Shown here piece after piece: positions 28,010 to 39,200 of a DNA stretch of 64,000 bases (positions are counted from its first letter, which is position 1; every line of letters begins with the position of its first letter). The translations under genes were made by a program, and so were the position numbers. The notes under the pieces are model-generated. The model made no database searches. It was not told where the DNA came from and saw only the letters and a program-made list of their open reading frames with translations. This DNA is from an uncultured Saprospiraceae bacterium (GTDB lineage Bacteria > Bacteroidota > Bacteroidia > Chitinophagales > Saprospiraceae): contig CALLMH010000037.1 of NCBI GenBank assembly GCA_938007965.1, positions 4,999-68,998 on the forward strand, given 5' to 3'.

Positions 28010-28693
28010 TCACTTATAGGCTAATTGTGCAATGTAGTACGCATAGGTAGTATCTATGATGGGACTTACGAACCGGTCGGGATGGTTCAATAATCTGCAA
28101 TAGTCTTCTATTATTGCTCCTTGTTGTTCGAAATTAAAATCGACTAGCATTCCTTGATCTATATAGCCAGCATATAAATTTTCTAGTCCACCGTAATCAT
28201 ATTTTTCTTTAGAAACTTGTGCTTTCAATGCTCTGAAAATATACATTGAACCGTATCGCTGATACTGCCATATATGCACCATTTCGTGAATGAATATCGG
28301 TTTGGATATACGTGTTCGGAAGTTGATAGTATTAAGAGTTACATATGCGTAAGCGGATTTTTCTATCCATTTTGGCATGTTGGGATTGATTCTTACGTGA
28401 TGATAGTCGATCGAATCTTTGAAGAATAATTTCGCTTGCTGGATCTCATCATGAGTAAGATAGCGATAATCAGATTTTGTAATCGATAGTACGTATTCAT
28501 ATACTTCTGGTAAGCATATCAGGTCAAAAATATAAAATGTCAAATCTCCCAACCATTCAACGACCCCATGAGGCTTATGATAGTATATAGACGATCTGAA
28601 CAAGAGATGACAGACCATTCTACGGATACGTATCATGTAAGTACTCTTAAGATACGAGAAAGAACGTGCGACAAAACTTTTGTTTCGCTCCAT
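28010..28693 (-). CDS. HExxH-motif protein (putative zinc metallopeptidase fold)
   Basis: 227-aa ORF. HEMVH at nt 28274-28288 sits in the context IFIHEMVHIWQYQRYG. The start lies 1 nt after the upstream FtsX-like permease stop. Confidence 0.5.
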   Translation of the reverse strand: MERNKSFVARSFSYLKSTYMIRIRRMVCHLLFRSSIYYHKPHGVVEWLGDLTFYIFDLICLPEVYEYVLSITKSDYRYLTHDEIQQAKLFFKDSIDYHHVRINPNMPKWIEKSAYAYVTLNTINFRTRISKPIFIHEMVHIWQYQRYGSMYIFRALKAQVSKEKYDYGGLENLYAGYIDQGMLVDFNFEQQGAIIEDYCRLLNHPDRFVSPIIDTTYAYYIAQLAYK

Positions 28694-28694
28694 A

Positions 28695-29999
28695 TTACTC
28701 GAATCTCAATGCTTTTATTGGGCTGATATTCGTCACAAGATAGGTCGGTAGTATGAGGAATGCGAGTGTAGATAGAAAGCAAAAAAGATTGATTAGAAGT
28801 ATAGCTTTCCAATTGAATAATATCGGAGCATAAGACAGATAATAACTCGCCTCATCTAATGTGATGAAGTGGGTAGTATATTGGATATATGCGATTCCTA
28901 AACCAATAATATTACCTATCAGCATACCGCTTATTATGATATATCCAGCATTATACAAGAATATTTTTCTGACTTGCCAATTAGTACCTCCAAGTGCTTT
29001 TAAGAGTCCTATCATATGAGTTCTCTCTAAGATTAGAATCAACAAAGCCGTAATCATATTAATAATCGCTACGATGATCATCAGATATAATAGGAGGTTT
29101 TCATTGATGTCTTGTAGTTTCAACCATTCGAATATTGATGGGAATTTTTTGCTGATAGTTTCCGTATATATTCTAGCAGGCACCACGTCTTCGTATAGAT
29201 ATTCATTGATGATATCTAGATCTCCAATATCTTCGAGCATTACTTCAAATCCAGATATATCATCTTCATCCCAATTGAGCATTTCTTGGGCCTTTCTCAT
29301 GTCTATGATCGCGAATTGCTTATCATACTCTTCGAGACCGGTATTATAGATGCCTTTTACTACGAATGCTCTATTGAAGAATTCATTATTTTTTAATGTA
29401 GTGATTTTGATTCTTTGGTCAAGTTTCAGTTGCATCTTATTAGCTGTGACGCTAGAAATGACGATCCCATTTGATATTTCTCCACTCAGATCTAATGCTT
29501 CGCCTTCGATTATGAAATTAGGAATATTGGTCCAATCATATTTTGCGTCTACTCCTTTGATTTGGATTGCTCCAAAATCTTTACTGGTTTTTATTATTCC
29601 TGCAGTATAGACGAATGGTTGAGTATGTCGCACACCTCCTGATGTTCTAGTGGTTTTATATTTATTAGCGAGTTCGAACCCTAAGATCTTGACTGGAGTC
29701 TGATATTCTAACCACTCGATTTCTTCGATGTCAGGAATGTAATCCGCCGATTTAGATATTGGAATCTGTTCGAAAGAGCGATTAATATTTACATCCGTAA
29801 TATGGATATGTCCCCAGAATCCAAATACCTTAGTAGATATTTCTTTTTTGAATCCACTGATAATCATAGTCGTGAGTATCATGATCGACAAACTCAATGC
29901 TATCGCTGCAATCGCAATCCTCACTATGACCTTGGTAAAGGACTTGGACCTTGAGAATGCTATACGTTTAGCTATGAAGTGTGGTAAATTCATACGCAA
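28695..29999 (-). CDS. FtsX-like ABC transporter permease (LolC/E type)
   Basis: 434-aa ORF with the N-terminal motif FIAKRIAFSRSKSF. It has one TM helix, a large periplasmic loop and three C-terminal TM helices, with LKALGG in the FtsX domain. Confidence 0.8.
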   Translation of the reverse strand: MRMNLPHFIAKRIAFSRSKSFTKVIVRIAIAAIALSLSIMILTTMIISGFKKEISTKVFGFWGHIHITDVNINRSFEQIPISKSADYIPDIEEIEWLEYQTPVKILGFELANKYKTTRTSGGVRHTQPFVYTAGIIKTSKDFGAIQIKGVDAKYDWTNIPNFIIEGEALDLSGEISNGIVISSVTANKMQLKLDQRIKITTLKNNEFFNRAFVVKGIYNTGLEEYDKQFAIIDMRKAQEMLNWDEDDISGFEVMLEDIGDLDIINEYLYEDVVPARIYTETISKKFPSIFEWLKLQDINENLLLYLMIIVAIINMITALLILILERTHMIGLLKALGGTNWQVRKIFLYNAGYIIISGMLIGNIIGLGIAYIQYTTHFITLDEASYYLSYAPILFNWKAILLINLFCFLSTLAFLILPTYLVTNISPIKALRFE

Positions 30000-30208
30000 T
30001 GATAATGAAAGTTTGTCTACTCGACTATATCTTAACTATATAATAAACGCACCTAATCTAGCTATAATAGTTGGTTCCTAATAGCACTAATGGTTGTGGT
30101 GATAGGTGCCGAACGGTTTTTTAAAATTACTTCATAAATAGAATCGAATAATTAACATACTTTTGTTTGCGATTATTCTATCAATAAGACAAAAAAGAGA
30201 AAAGAAGA

Positions 30209-30712
30209 ATGGATTATTCTAAGCTAGAAAAAATAGACACTTTTATTTTTGATGTAGATGGTGTATTGACAAATTGTAGAATGTTAATCACGGAGGCAGG
30301 GGAGTTTCTAAGAACTATGAATGTGAGGGATGGTGCAGCAATGAAAATGGCATTGAAAGCTGGATTTCGTGTTGCTATTATCACCAAGGGTAATTCGATT
30401 GGGGTAAAAGATAGGCTTGGTTTTCTAGGTGCTGACCCTATATATGATGATGTCTCTGATAAGAGAGTAGCTTTGGCTGATTTGTCAGATAATCATAATG
30501 TGGACTTGCAAAGATGTCTTTATATGGGAGATGATTTGGCGGATTTGGTAGTATTTGATAAGGTATTACTGGCAACTTGTCCGAGGGATGCCACACCAGA
30601 AGTTATCAAAAAGGCAGAATTCGTTTCTCCCAAAGATGGGGGAGATGGTTGTGTGAGAGATATCATAGAACGCGTCCTACGTGTACAAGGAAAATGGGGA
30701 CATTCGGATTAG
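30209..30712 (+). CDS. kdsC: KdsC-type HAD-IIIA phosphatase (3-deoxy-D-manno-octulosonate 8-phosphate phosphatase-like)
   Basis: 167-aa ORF with motif I FDVDGVLT and motif IV GDDLADL. Size and sequence are typical of KdsC. Confidence 0.75.
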   Translation: MDYSKLEKIDTFIFDVDGVLTNCRMLITEAGEFLRTMNVRDGAAMKMALKAGFRVAIITKGNSIGVKDRLGFLGADPIYDDVSDKRVALADLSDNHNVDLQRCLYMGDDLADLVVFDKVLLATCPRDATPEVIKKAEFVSPKDGGDGCVRDIIERVLRVQGKWGHSD

Positions 30713-30742
30713 TTGCTAATAAGGAAAAATAACAGATACATA

Positions 30743-33043
30743 ATGGGGATAAATAGTAAGAAAGAATCAAGATCATCATGGATATTTAAATGCATAGCTA
30801 CATTTTTATTGACTTTTGCTGCGTTTTTTGTTCAGTATCCTCAGCATGTATTACAGTCCAATAATCAGACTTTTCACTCTCAAGGTGATCTGATGGTGAC
30901 TCATGCCGACTTGATGTATCATGTGAAATATGACACAGACGGAACTTTCAATGGTATGAATTATCCTGAAGGGGATTATATATTTATGACCGATGCCAAT
31001 GGTGCATTCGCTACAGTGTTTCGATGGATAAATAGGAATATAGTAAACATAGAACCTATTCTACCTGGACTGACGATGGGTATAATCTACGTATTTCTAG
31101 GGTTCTGCGGAATGTTTTTATTTATGATCATGAGGTCATTGGATGTTTCGTCTTGGTTAGCTATGCTTTTAGCTCCTTTCATTACCTTACTATCTCCGCA
31201 GATGGCTAGGTTTGTTTGTCATCTCAGTTTGTCTTTCCCTTTTGTAATACCTATGGTAATGGCATGGACACTGCGAAAATATAAAATCCCAAGAATTGAG
31301 ATTTGGGATGTGGTATTCAGTTTTGTTACTTTTTTCTTCTTTATTAATAATGCATACATAGGATTTATCATGTGCATGTTTGCAGGAGTTATTGGCTTCG
31401 TATTGTTTGTAATCGATTATAGAAAGAAGCAACATAGAGTGGCATCATTGATTATTATGATTACGCCTGTTTTGATAACTATTGCCGTTTATTTGATATT
31501 AAAAATCACGGATCCTTACAGTGATAGACTAGAAGAGCAGTGGGGATTTTTTTATTACAATACACATTTTCACAGTTTTTTATATCCGAGATATTCTTTA
31601 TTAGCTGGTATTTTGGGTAAAAACTATACCAATGACTTCCGTTCTATCGAATGGTGCAATAATTTGGGTCTTGTTCCTATCGGACTGATTGGGTCTTATG
31701 TGTTGCATGAGATTTTGAGACGATTCAGATATAAGAGTTGGGCGCCATTAATTTCTCAGAATAGAATGATGAATGTTTTTCTAATCGCTTCTTTTTTGAT
31801 GGTATTATTTGCCGCTAATACGACCATATTTCCTATCAAAGAACTGATAGAATCATACATTGATCTATTACTGATGTTTAAGTCTACGGGAAGATTCTCA
31901 TGGCCGTTTTATTTTGTTTTTGGAGTGATGTCTGTCAGGATACTGCAAGGGTGGATTACGAGGTTGGATCACATAAGTCGATCTTACAAGTGGTTATTAC
32001 TTGTTCCGCTGCTATTGATGTATGGATTTGAGATTAACTTTTATCTCGGTCAGATATTCAATAAGCTTGATGTAGAGAATTATCTGACTCCTCCACAATC
32101 AGATGAAACGGAGCGTATATTCGCAGATGCGGGCATTAATACAGATAATTATCAAGCTTCCATTGCTGTTCCTTTATTAGTAGGCTGGAATGAGAAGATT
32201 ATAGCCAAAGTTCATAATCGAACCGAGAAGGGTGCATTATCACTGATGGCATTGGCAGGTATTCCTATGATCAATGGTAGGCTAAGTCGAAATTCCACCT
32301 CGAAGACGTTATTAGCCACCCAGTTATCTTCTCATCCTTTGATCAGGAAAGAAGCGATTTCTCAACTTCCAAATAATAAACCTATACTTCTAGTTCATGG
32401 TATAGGTGCTGAAGATTGGTTGTCATTTGGCGAGCAAAAGCTCTTAGAGCGGGGGAAGGAAGTCGTCAGGACCAAAAAGTATATCTTATATTCTATCACC
32501 ATCGATGATATCAATCAGCTATACGAGGATAACATAAAGTATGCTTCAGAATACATGGCAAAGGTGGATTCTATATCCTATGATTTCATGTACAGAGACG
32601 GTTATGATGAGGTTGAGACCGACAAGAAGTTGTTTGGACGAGGAGCATTACAACTGGAGAAAGGAGATCAAATAATTCTAGATCTCGAAGACTATTTCGA
32701 TCAAGATTCTACTCAGTTAAAAGTTTCTCTTTGGACAGATATTACTTCCAAAAAGTACGGTATGCCAGAGTACCACCTTCACGTTTACAGTGATACTGCT
32801 ACTGTATATAAAAATACATTCATCTCCCGAGAATTTAAAGATGTTTATCGGGATTGGATAAGGTCTTCACATTCATTTAAAGTACCTAGAGGCAAATATA
32901 AGATAGAGATTATATCCAGTAATAATCAATCCTACTGGATCGATGAACTACAAGTCATAAAAACAAAGTCGGGGAATTCGTATGTGAAATTAGATGATGG
33001 TACCATTCTACTCGACAATTACAAAGTAGAGAATGATAATTAA
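30743..33043 (+). CDS. Large polytopic membrane protein with a C-terminal extracytoplasmic domain (possible GT-C/YfhO-like)
   Basis: 766 aa from ATG 30743. The ORF-track TTG at 30713 abuts the kdsC stop. The first ~470 aa carry 10 or more hydrophobic helices, followed by a ~300-aa soluble C-terminal part. The family assignment is tentative. Confidence 0.6.
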   Translation: MGINSKKESRSSWIFKCIATFLLTFAAFFVQYPQHVLQSNNQTFHSQGDLMVTHADLMYHVKYDTDGTFNGMNYPEGDYIFMTDANGAFATVFRWINRNIVNIEPILPGLTMGIIYVFLGFCGMFLFMIMRSLDVSSWLAMLLAPFITLLSPQMARFVCHLSLSFPFVIPMVMAWTLRKYKIPRIEIWDVVFSFVTFFFFINNAYIGFIMCMFAGVIGFVLFVIDYRKKQHRVASLIIMITPVLITIAVYLILKITDPYSDRLEEQWGFFYYNTHFHSFLYPRYSLLAGILGKNYTNDFRSIEWCNNLGLVPIGLIGSYVLHEILRRFRYKSWAPLISQNRMMNVFLIASFLMVLFAANTTIFPIKELIESYIDLLLMFKSTGRFSWPFYFVFGVMSVRILQGWITRLDHISRSYKWLLLVPLLLMYGFEINFYLGQIFNKLDVENYLTPPQSDETERIFADAGINTDNYQASIAVPLLVGWNEKIIAKVHNRTEKGALSLMALAGIPMINGRLSRNSTSKTLLATQLSSHPLIRKEAISQLPNNKPILLVHGIGAEDWLSFGEQKLLERGKEVVRTKKYILYSITIDDINQLYEDNIKYASEYMAKVDSISYDFMYRDGYDEVETDKKLFGRGALQLEKGDQIILDLEDYFDQDSTQLKVSLWTDITSKKYGMPEYHLHVYSDTATVYKNTFISREFKDVYRDWIRSSHSFKVPRGKYKIEIISSNNQSYWIDELQVIKTKSGNSYVKLDDGTILLDNYKVENDN

Positions 33044-33054
33044 TTAGGGCCTAA

Positions 33055-33082
33055 GTGCGTCTAAAGTGACGCGCGTTTGCTT
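33055..33082 (+). terminator. GC-rich hairpin downstream of the membrane-protein gene
   Basis: GTGCGTC (33055-33061), loop taaagt, then GACGCGC (33068-33074) form a 7-bp stem including one G-U pair. GTTTGCTT follows. The hairpin begins 12 nt after the stop codon. Confidence 0.35.
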
Positions 33083-33212
33083 CGCAAGCCACTCTGACTA
33101 AAAAATGGTTCTGTTTTTAACGAAAATTAGTCTCCAAAAAACTACACTGACTAAGGCCAATTTAACTTGTTTCAGCAACTTTATAATATACCAGAATTCA
33201 GAAAGTGCACGC

Positions 33213-33254
33213 ACGTCTGAACATCCCTAATTATTTTGGGGGATGTTAAGACGT
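33213..33254 (-). terminator. Long imperfect hairpin downstream of the giant CDS (no U-tract)
   Basis: ACGTCT-g-AACATCCC (33213-33227) pairs with GGGATGTT-a-AGACGT (33240-33254), giving 14 bp with one mismatch and a 12-nt loop. It lies 34 nt below the stop of the giant gene. No T-run follows on either strand, so a terminator role is uncertain. Confidence 0.3.
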
Positions 33255-33287
33255 ACGGCGCGCAGGAGAAGTGACTCCACTTATTCA

Positions 33288-36200
33288 TCAACGCAATACT
33301 GTAACATCTCCTTTCTTGATGATCAATTCATCACCAATTAATATCTCTGCATAATATACAAATACACCCTGCTCGACAAAACTCTCGCCAAACTTTCCAT
33401 CCCAGCCAAGAGAAGGATTATTAGTATCGAAATTTTGATTGATGAAGACCATGTTTCCCCATCTATCAAATACTTGGAGTTTGTTTATGGTAGCATCTAT
33501 AGAAGTGTAGATCGTAAAGTTCGCATTGGATGTTCCTTGATCATTGGGCTTAAATATATTCGGAACAGTGATGACTATTTCTTCATTAGATCTTACTAGT
33601 ATCATTGCTTCACCGTAGCATCCGTTGATGTCTGTAACACCTACAGTATATGTGATGTCTTCTATCCCTCCTTCTACATCGGTGACAAGACACGTCGGGC
33701 AAGACAGATTAGTTGCAGGAGACCATGTTATGGATTCTATTTCAGATTCAGAAAGATTTACAGACGCTGTCAGCTGTGTCGTCTGACCTTGCACTACTGT
33801 TATTTCTGGAAGTAATAGAATTTCGAATGGATCTTGTACATTTATATTGAACTGATCATTAAATTCGCAGCCATTATTATCTACGATAAGCAGATCATAG
33901 GTCCCTTCCGACAGATTTTCTAGCGTATTATCTTCTAACTCCATATCATCGATAAAATAGCTATACGGATCAGAACCACCTACAACTTCAGTTATTGTTA
34001 TTCCTCCATTGTTACTTTCCTGGCATGATTCATCATTGATGTCATATAGTGATGTTTCTATTTGAGGAGGAAGGGAAATTAGTATAGAATCTATGGTCTC
34101 ACAATTATTGTCAGGATTTAATACAGATACTGTGTAGAGCCCTTGAGACCCAACTGAAATGTCTACAGTGTTTTCACCTGAGAGGATTACTCCGTCTGAA
34201 GTATTCCATGATATTGATAATGATGCTGGATCTAAAGCCGTAATTAGTGATACTAAGATGTCACTTTCATTACAGTTGATAGTCGCTTCATCATCCAATG
34301 ATACTTGAGGAAGATCGATATTGGAATTAACGAACATCGTATCAAAATTGATGCAGTTATTGTTTATATCTATCAATTGCAGATAGTAAGTCCCTCCTTG
34401 AGTGATATCAATGTTATCGACTCCAGAAGCAACGATCATGCTATCAGCATCTAGCCATGTATATGTAATATTATCACCTTGTTGTGAGCTCGATCCATCC
34501 AGATTGACAGATCCATTATTACAGTCGAGTAGTTCTGCAGGTTGTATAAATGGAATAGGGTACTGAATCTGATCTTCTATCACCAATTCTTTCTCTCCCA
34601 TACATCCTGTAATCAGGTGCCTGGCTTCTAATCGGAAGGTGCCAGGATCTACTATAGTCAATGAAGTAGAAGCACCTGTAATCAATACGGTGCCTACGAA
34701 CCATCTATATTCTACATTTGGCTCCTCGACTACCTGGAGTGTGATTTCATCCACTTGACAATCGAATATAAAACTTGGATTAGCATTGATCTGAGGATCT
34801 AAATCTGCCGTTTCGTCTAAAACTTCTACAAGCGATGGTGGTGAAGTACAATCAGAATCAATGTCATACACCACAAAGAAATAATTACCCGCTTCACCAA
34901 CCTTAATCATAGTTTCTGTAGATATCTCCATCATATTAGCATCGAGCCACTGATATGTGAAGTTGCCACTGCCTCCCGAAACTGTTCCTACAAGATCTAC
35001 ACTGTCTACTAAACATGTCAAGGATTGATCATCTCCACCTGATGCAGAAGGTACGTCATTAGATACACTGACAATCACACTATCTGTCCTTATACAGTTA
35101 TTCCCAAAATCTGAAGTGAAATAGTAGGTTCCTGGTATGGTTATACTCACTTCATTTCCTGCGAAAGAGAAGCCTCCTGGTCCTGTCCAAGTTCCTAGGT
35201 TCGCTATAGACGGTATACCTACCAGCATGGCCTCTACGGTGGTGCAATCCAAGGTCCAATCTGCTCCCGCTTCGACGGATTCGTTGCAATCTGAGCAGGC
35301 GGGTGGGGGCGATATCGTAATAGTAGTCCCACACCCTGAAATATTACTGTCATTGATAGTGTACGTCACGTCTCCATCCGAAATCAAGAATGGTCCTATA
35401 GCTACAGTCTCTCCTGGATTACCAGTCTGAGAAGTTTCTACTATCGTCCATGAGCCACTTCCTCCAGTCTGGTTGATGGTGATCTCTCCACTCCATGTAT
35501 CATCTGAAGAATCATCTGCTGTGTTTTCATCGTCACACGCTATATCGGATTCATTGGCTGAAATACTGCATTCTCCACTACAATTTTCTAATGATGGACT
35601 TATTACTTCAATTACACATGTGGCGTTATCTACATCAATTATTTCTAAAGTAATCACTGAATCATCTGCTGGTAATTCGAATTCTGAATCTACACCGTAG
35701 GCATATGTCCCTACTATGCTACCATCTATCCATAGGTTATACATCGTCGAAGATGGATTAGTAGATGTCACGTTAAACTCAAAGGTGTAAGTATCATCTT
35801 CTGGAACACCGATCGTGCCCCCATTATCACACATGAAGTCTTCACTGATTAAAGTCAAACTCGTGAGTACCACTTCTAGGCTATCAGTCAATATACATCC
35901 TTCTCCAAAATCAACGGAGAAGAAGTAAGTTCCTGGTACAGTAACGATTACTTCATTCATATTTTCTGAAAATACTCCAGGACCTACCCAAGTACCGACT
36001 GTCGGCGTGGAAGGCATTCCTATTAGAGAGACTTCAGTAATGTCACAATCTAAGAACTGGTCCACACCGGCTTCTACCGTATCATCACATGATGAGCATG
36101 TAGATGGGGCTTCTATAGTTATAGTTTGAGTACAATTAGAATTTGCAGCATCTTGTATTTCTAGTATTACATCACCGTCAGATATTAGGAATGGTCCTAC

Positions 36201-39200
36201 GGTTACTGAGGTTCCATTCATACCTGTTTGAGCGGTTTCTACTATAGTCCACATATCACTACCACCTACCACATTGATAAATATATCTGCAATATATGTA
36301 TCATCTGACGGATCCGTTCCTGTATTTTGATTTTGACATATAGCTTCTTGCGGGATTATGTTTATAGAGCAATCCCCGCTACAAGGATTAAGCACAGGAC
36401 TCTGCAGACTAATCGTACAAGAATCATCACTCGAATCCACAAATTCAATGTCGTGTGACATACCATCGGCAGTAAATTCGTATTCTGAAAATTCCCCATA
36501 GTTAAAAGTTCCTACATTTACATTATCTACAAATAAATCAAATGTAGCAGATGTGGAATTAGTCGCTAACACTGTGAAGGAGAATGTCCATATATCGTCT
36601 CCAGGTACTCCTGCTGTTCCACCATTATCACAGCTGAAATTTTGATTGTCAATAAATAATATACATTCATTGGAGCAGGCATTAAGCGGACCGATAGATT
36701 GTGAAGCAAAACACTGGTCGTCTGCATTATCTATGGCTGAGATTACTACAGTCTGTCCCTGAGCTGGTATCGTGATTGTGCCGCCGATTCCATATTGGAA
36801 GTTAGCTACGATGGCACCACCTACGGATACATTAAATGTATTGTTTGATGCTCCATTGATCGAAGATGCATTGATCGTAATTTCGTATACATCATCACTG
36901 GGATCAGAGTCTGTTCCGTTGCCATTGCAAAAGATATCCAATGGTTCTAAAGTGACGGCGCAATTCGTAGAGCAAGGGCTTAGATCTCCTGTGATAAATT
37001 CTATACTACATCCTGTGTCGAGATCTGTGATTGTAATCGTTTGTGATACTCCTGCTGGGATTTCTATTGCTATATCTCCATACGAGAAGTTGCCAAAGTC
37101 TGTTGTTGTCGACTCCACATTTATATTTCCCGTTGCTCCGATATTATTGCTCGTCGTGAAGGTAATGTCATAAAAATCATCACTAGAATCAGAATCTGTT
37201 CCATTACTATCACATGTTAATACAAGATTAGTATAGCTTATTTGCAGTCCTGCCTCGATATTGAAGACTGATTCAGACAGGCAGCCATCTACGGATTGTG
37301 CATATAACGTATAACTACCAGTGGCTAAATTGTCAAATGTATTGACAGCTGTAAAATCAATATTGTCAAGGCTAAATAATGTGCCCGATGGATTGATATC
37401 AGTAATGATTATACTGCCATCCATACTGTCTATGCATACTTCATTATTGATATCTAGGTTGTATGTTGGTTGGGGACTGAGCGATAATTGGACTTCCACT
37501 ATGGTGGTACAGCCACTACTATTCGTCACAGCTACATAAATAGATCCAGAGGCTGTTATCGTATATATATTATCCAATATGTTGGTTTGATCTTCCGCAT
37601 CCATGAGCGTAGGATAGTATTCATAAGTGAAACTTGCATTGGTATTGATCAACGAATTTAAAATTTGAAGATCGATGTTACCATTCCCAGAGTTGTCCTC
37701 ACATATTGGATGAGTGATGAGATTAGCACTTGGGCTGGCATTGATCGTGAGTGTAACTATAGTCCTTATGAGACTAACACATCCGTCGTTATCTTCCGCT
37801 TCCACATAATAATTGTAAATACCAGGCGCCGTATCGTCGGGTGTATATACGGAACTGTTTTCTATGAGTGCTGTAGTACTGGTCTGGTCCGGGTACCAAT
37901 TGGCCATTAGTCCTCCTGATATAGTAACAGAGAGCTCTGGTATAGGATCTCCTTCACAGATGATGAAGTCACCATTTGATATAGGACTATCTACCGTCGG
38001 ACAATCACAATCAGGAGCGGATACGAACTGGTCAGAAATACAAAATGCGTTCGCATCTATAGCTGAGACTATCGCATTTTGGCCTGCGGGTATATTGTTG
38101 ATAACTGCATTATTAGCATCTACTACAGTGACATCCCCTGGGTTCGAGAAGATGCTATTTCCATTTGAGATTACATTGATGGAGTAGGTAGCTCCTCCCG
38201 GATCACACTGAATACTGAAGATCTCAAACTCTAATTCACTAATCACTTCGATCTCTACTTCCACTTCTGCATCTGGACAAGAATTAGTAGAGAAAACCGT
38301 ATATGTAAATGTGTAAAATCCTGGTGCAACTCCATTGAAAGTTGCCATTATCGGATTATCAATATTTGCTCCTGAACCGTCGGTGTCAAACCAAGTGCCA
38401 CCTGGGGTGAAGCTGCCCACGAGATAATCAAACAGATTATAGGACAATCCTCCTTGAGAGCACACCTGACCTCCTGCAGCTATTCCAGCGAATGGAGGAT
38501 CATCTACATTGATGGTAAACGTGGCCTCGTCAGTACAACCAGCAGCATTGGATGCGATGATCGTGTAGATTGTTGTTCCAGTAGGGGATACATCAGTATT
38601 TGTTATTGGTGATCCTCCGTTTTCGTAAGACAGTGTAAATGAATTTCCATTAGCATCTGTTACGTCAATCGTAGATAAGTCAAAAGATGCTCCTAGACAA
38701 ATCGTAGTTTGTATTGGATTGATTGATATATCTGGAGTTGGTACACCAGTTATGTTCTGTATGTGTTGTATTTCCTGACCATTGCAGTCGTTGATAAATG
38801 ACCAAGTATAAGTAGTAACATTGCCCGAAATCATGGATGTAGAAGTGACACTACCAGCAATAGCACAGGTGCCTCCTTCGCCATTGGTATAGTCGAGCGG
38901 AGGATCAATAGGGAAGTCCTCGCCGCATCCTAATGTAACATCGGCAGGAGGATCTATGAATGTTGGGTCACTCGCAGGATTGACTGTTATAACTTGTTCG
39001 TGTGTGATGGTTCTATTGCATACATCTGTAAATGACCATGAATACGTAATGTTTCCTCCACATTCGTCAATTGCACCGGACTGAATACCTGGAACACTTC
39101 CTGAAATTGCGCATATACCTGCAGCTCCATTGGTATATGACAGGGATGGGACAGTACTCGCCACATCATCACAGTCTACTGTCTGTGGTGGAGGTGGATT

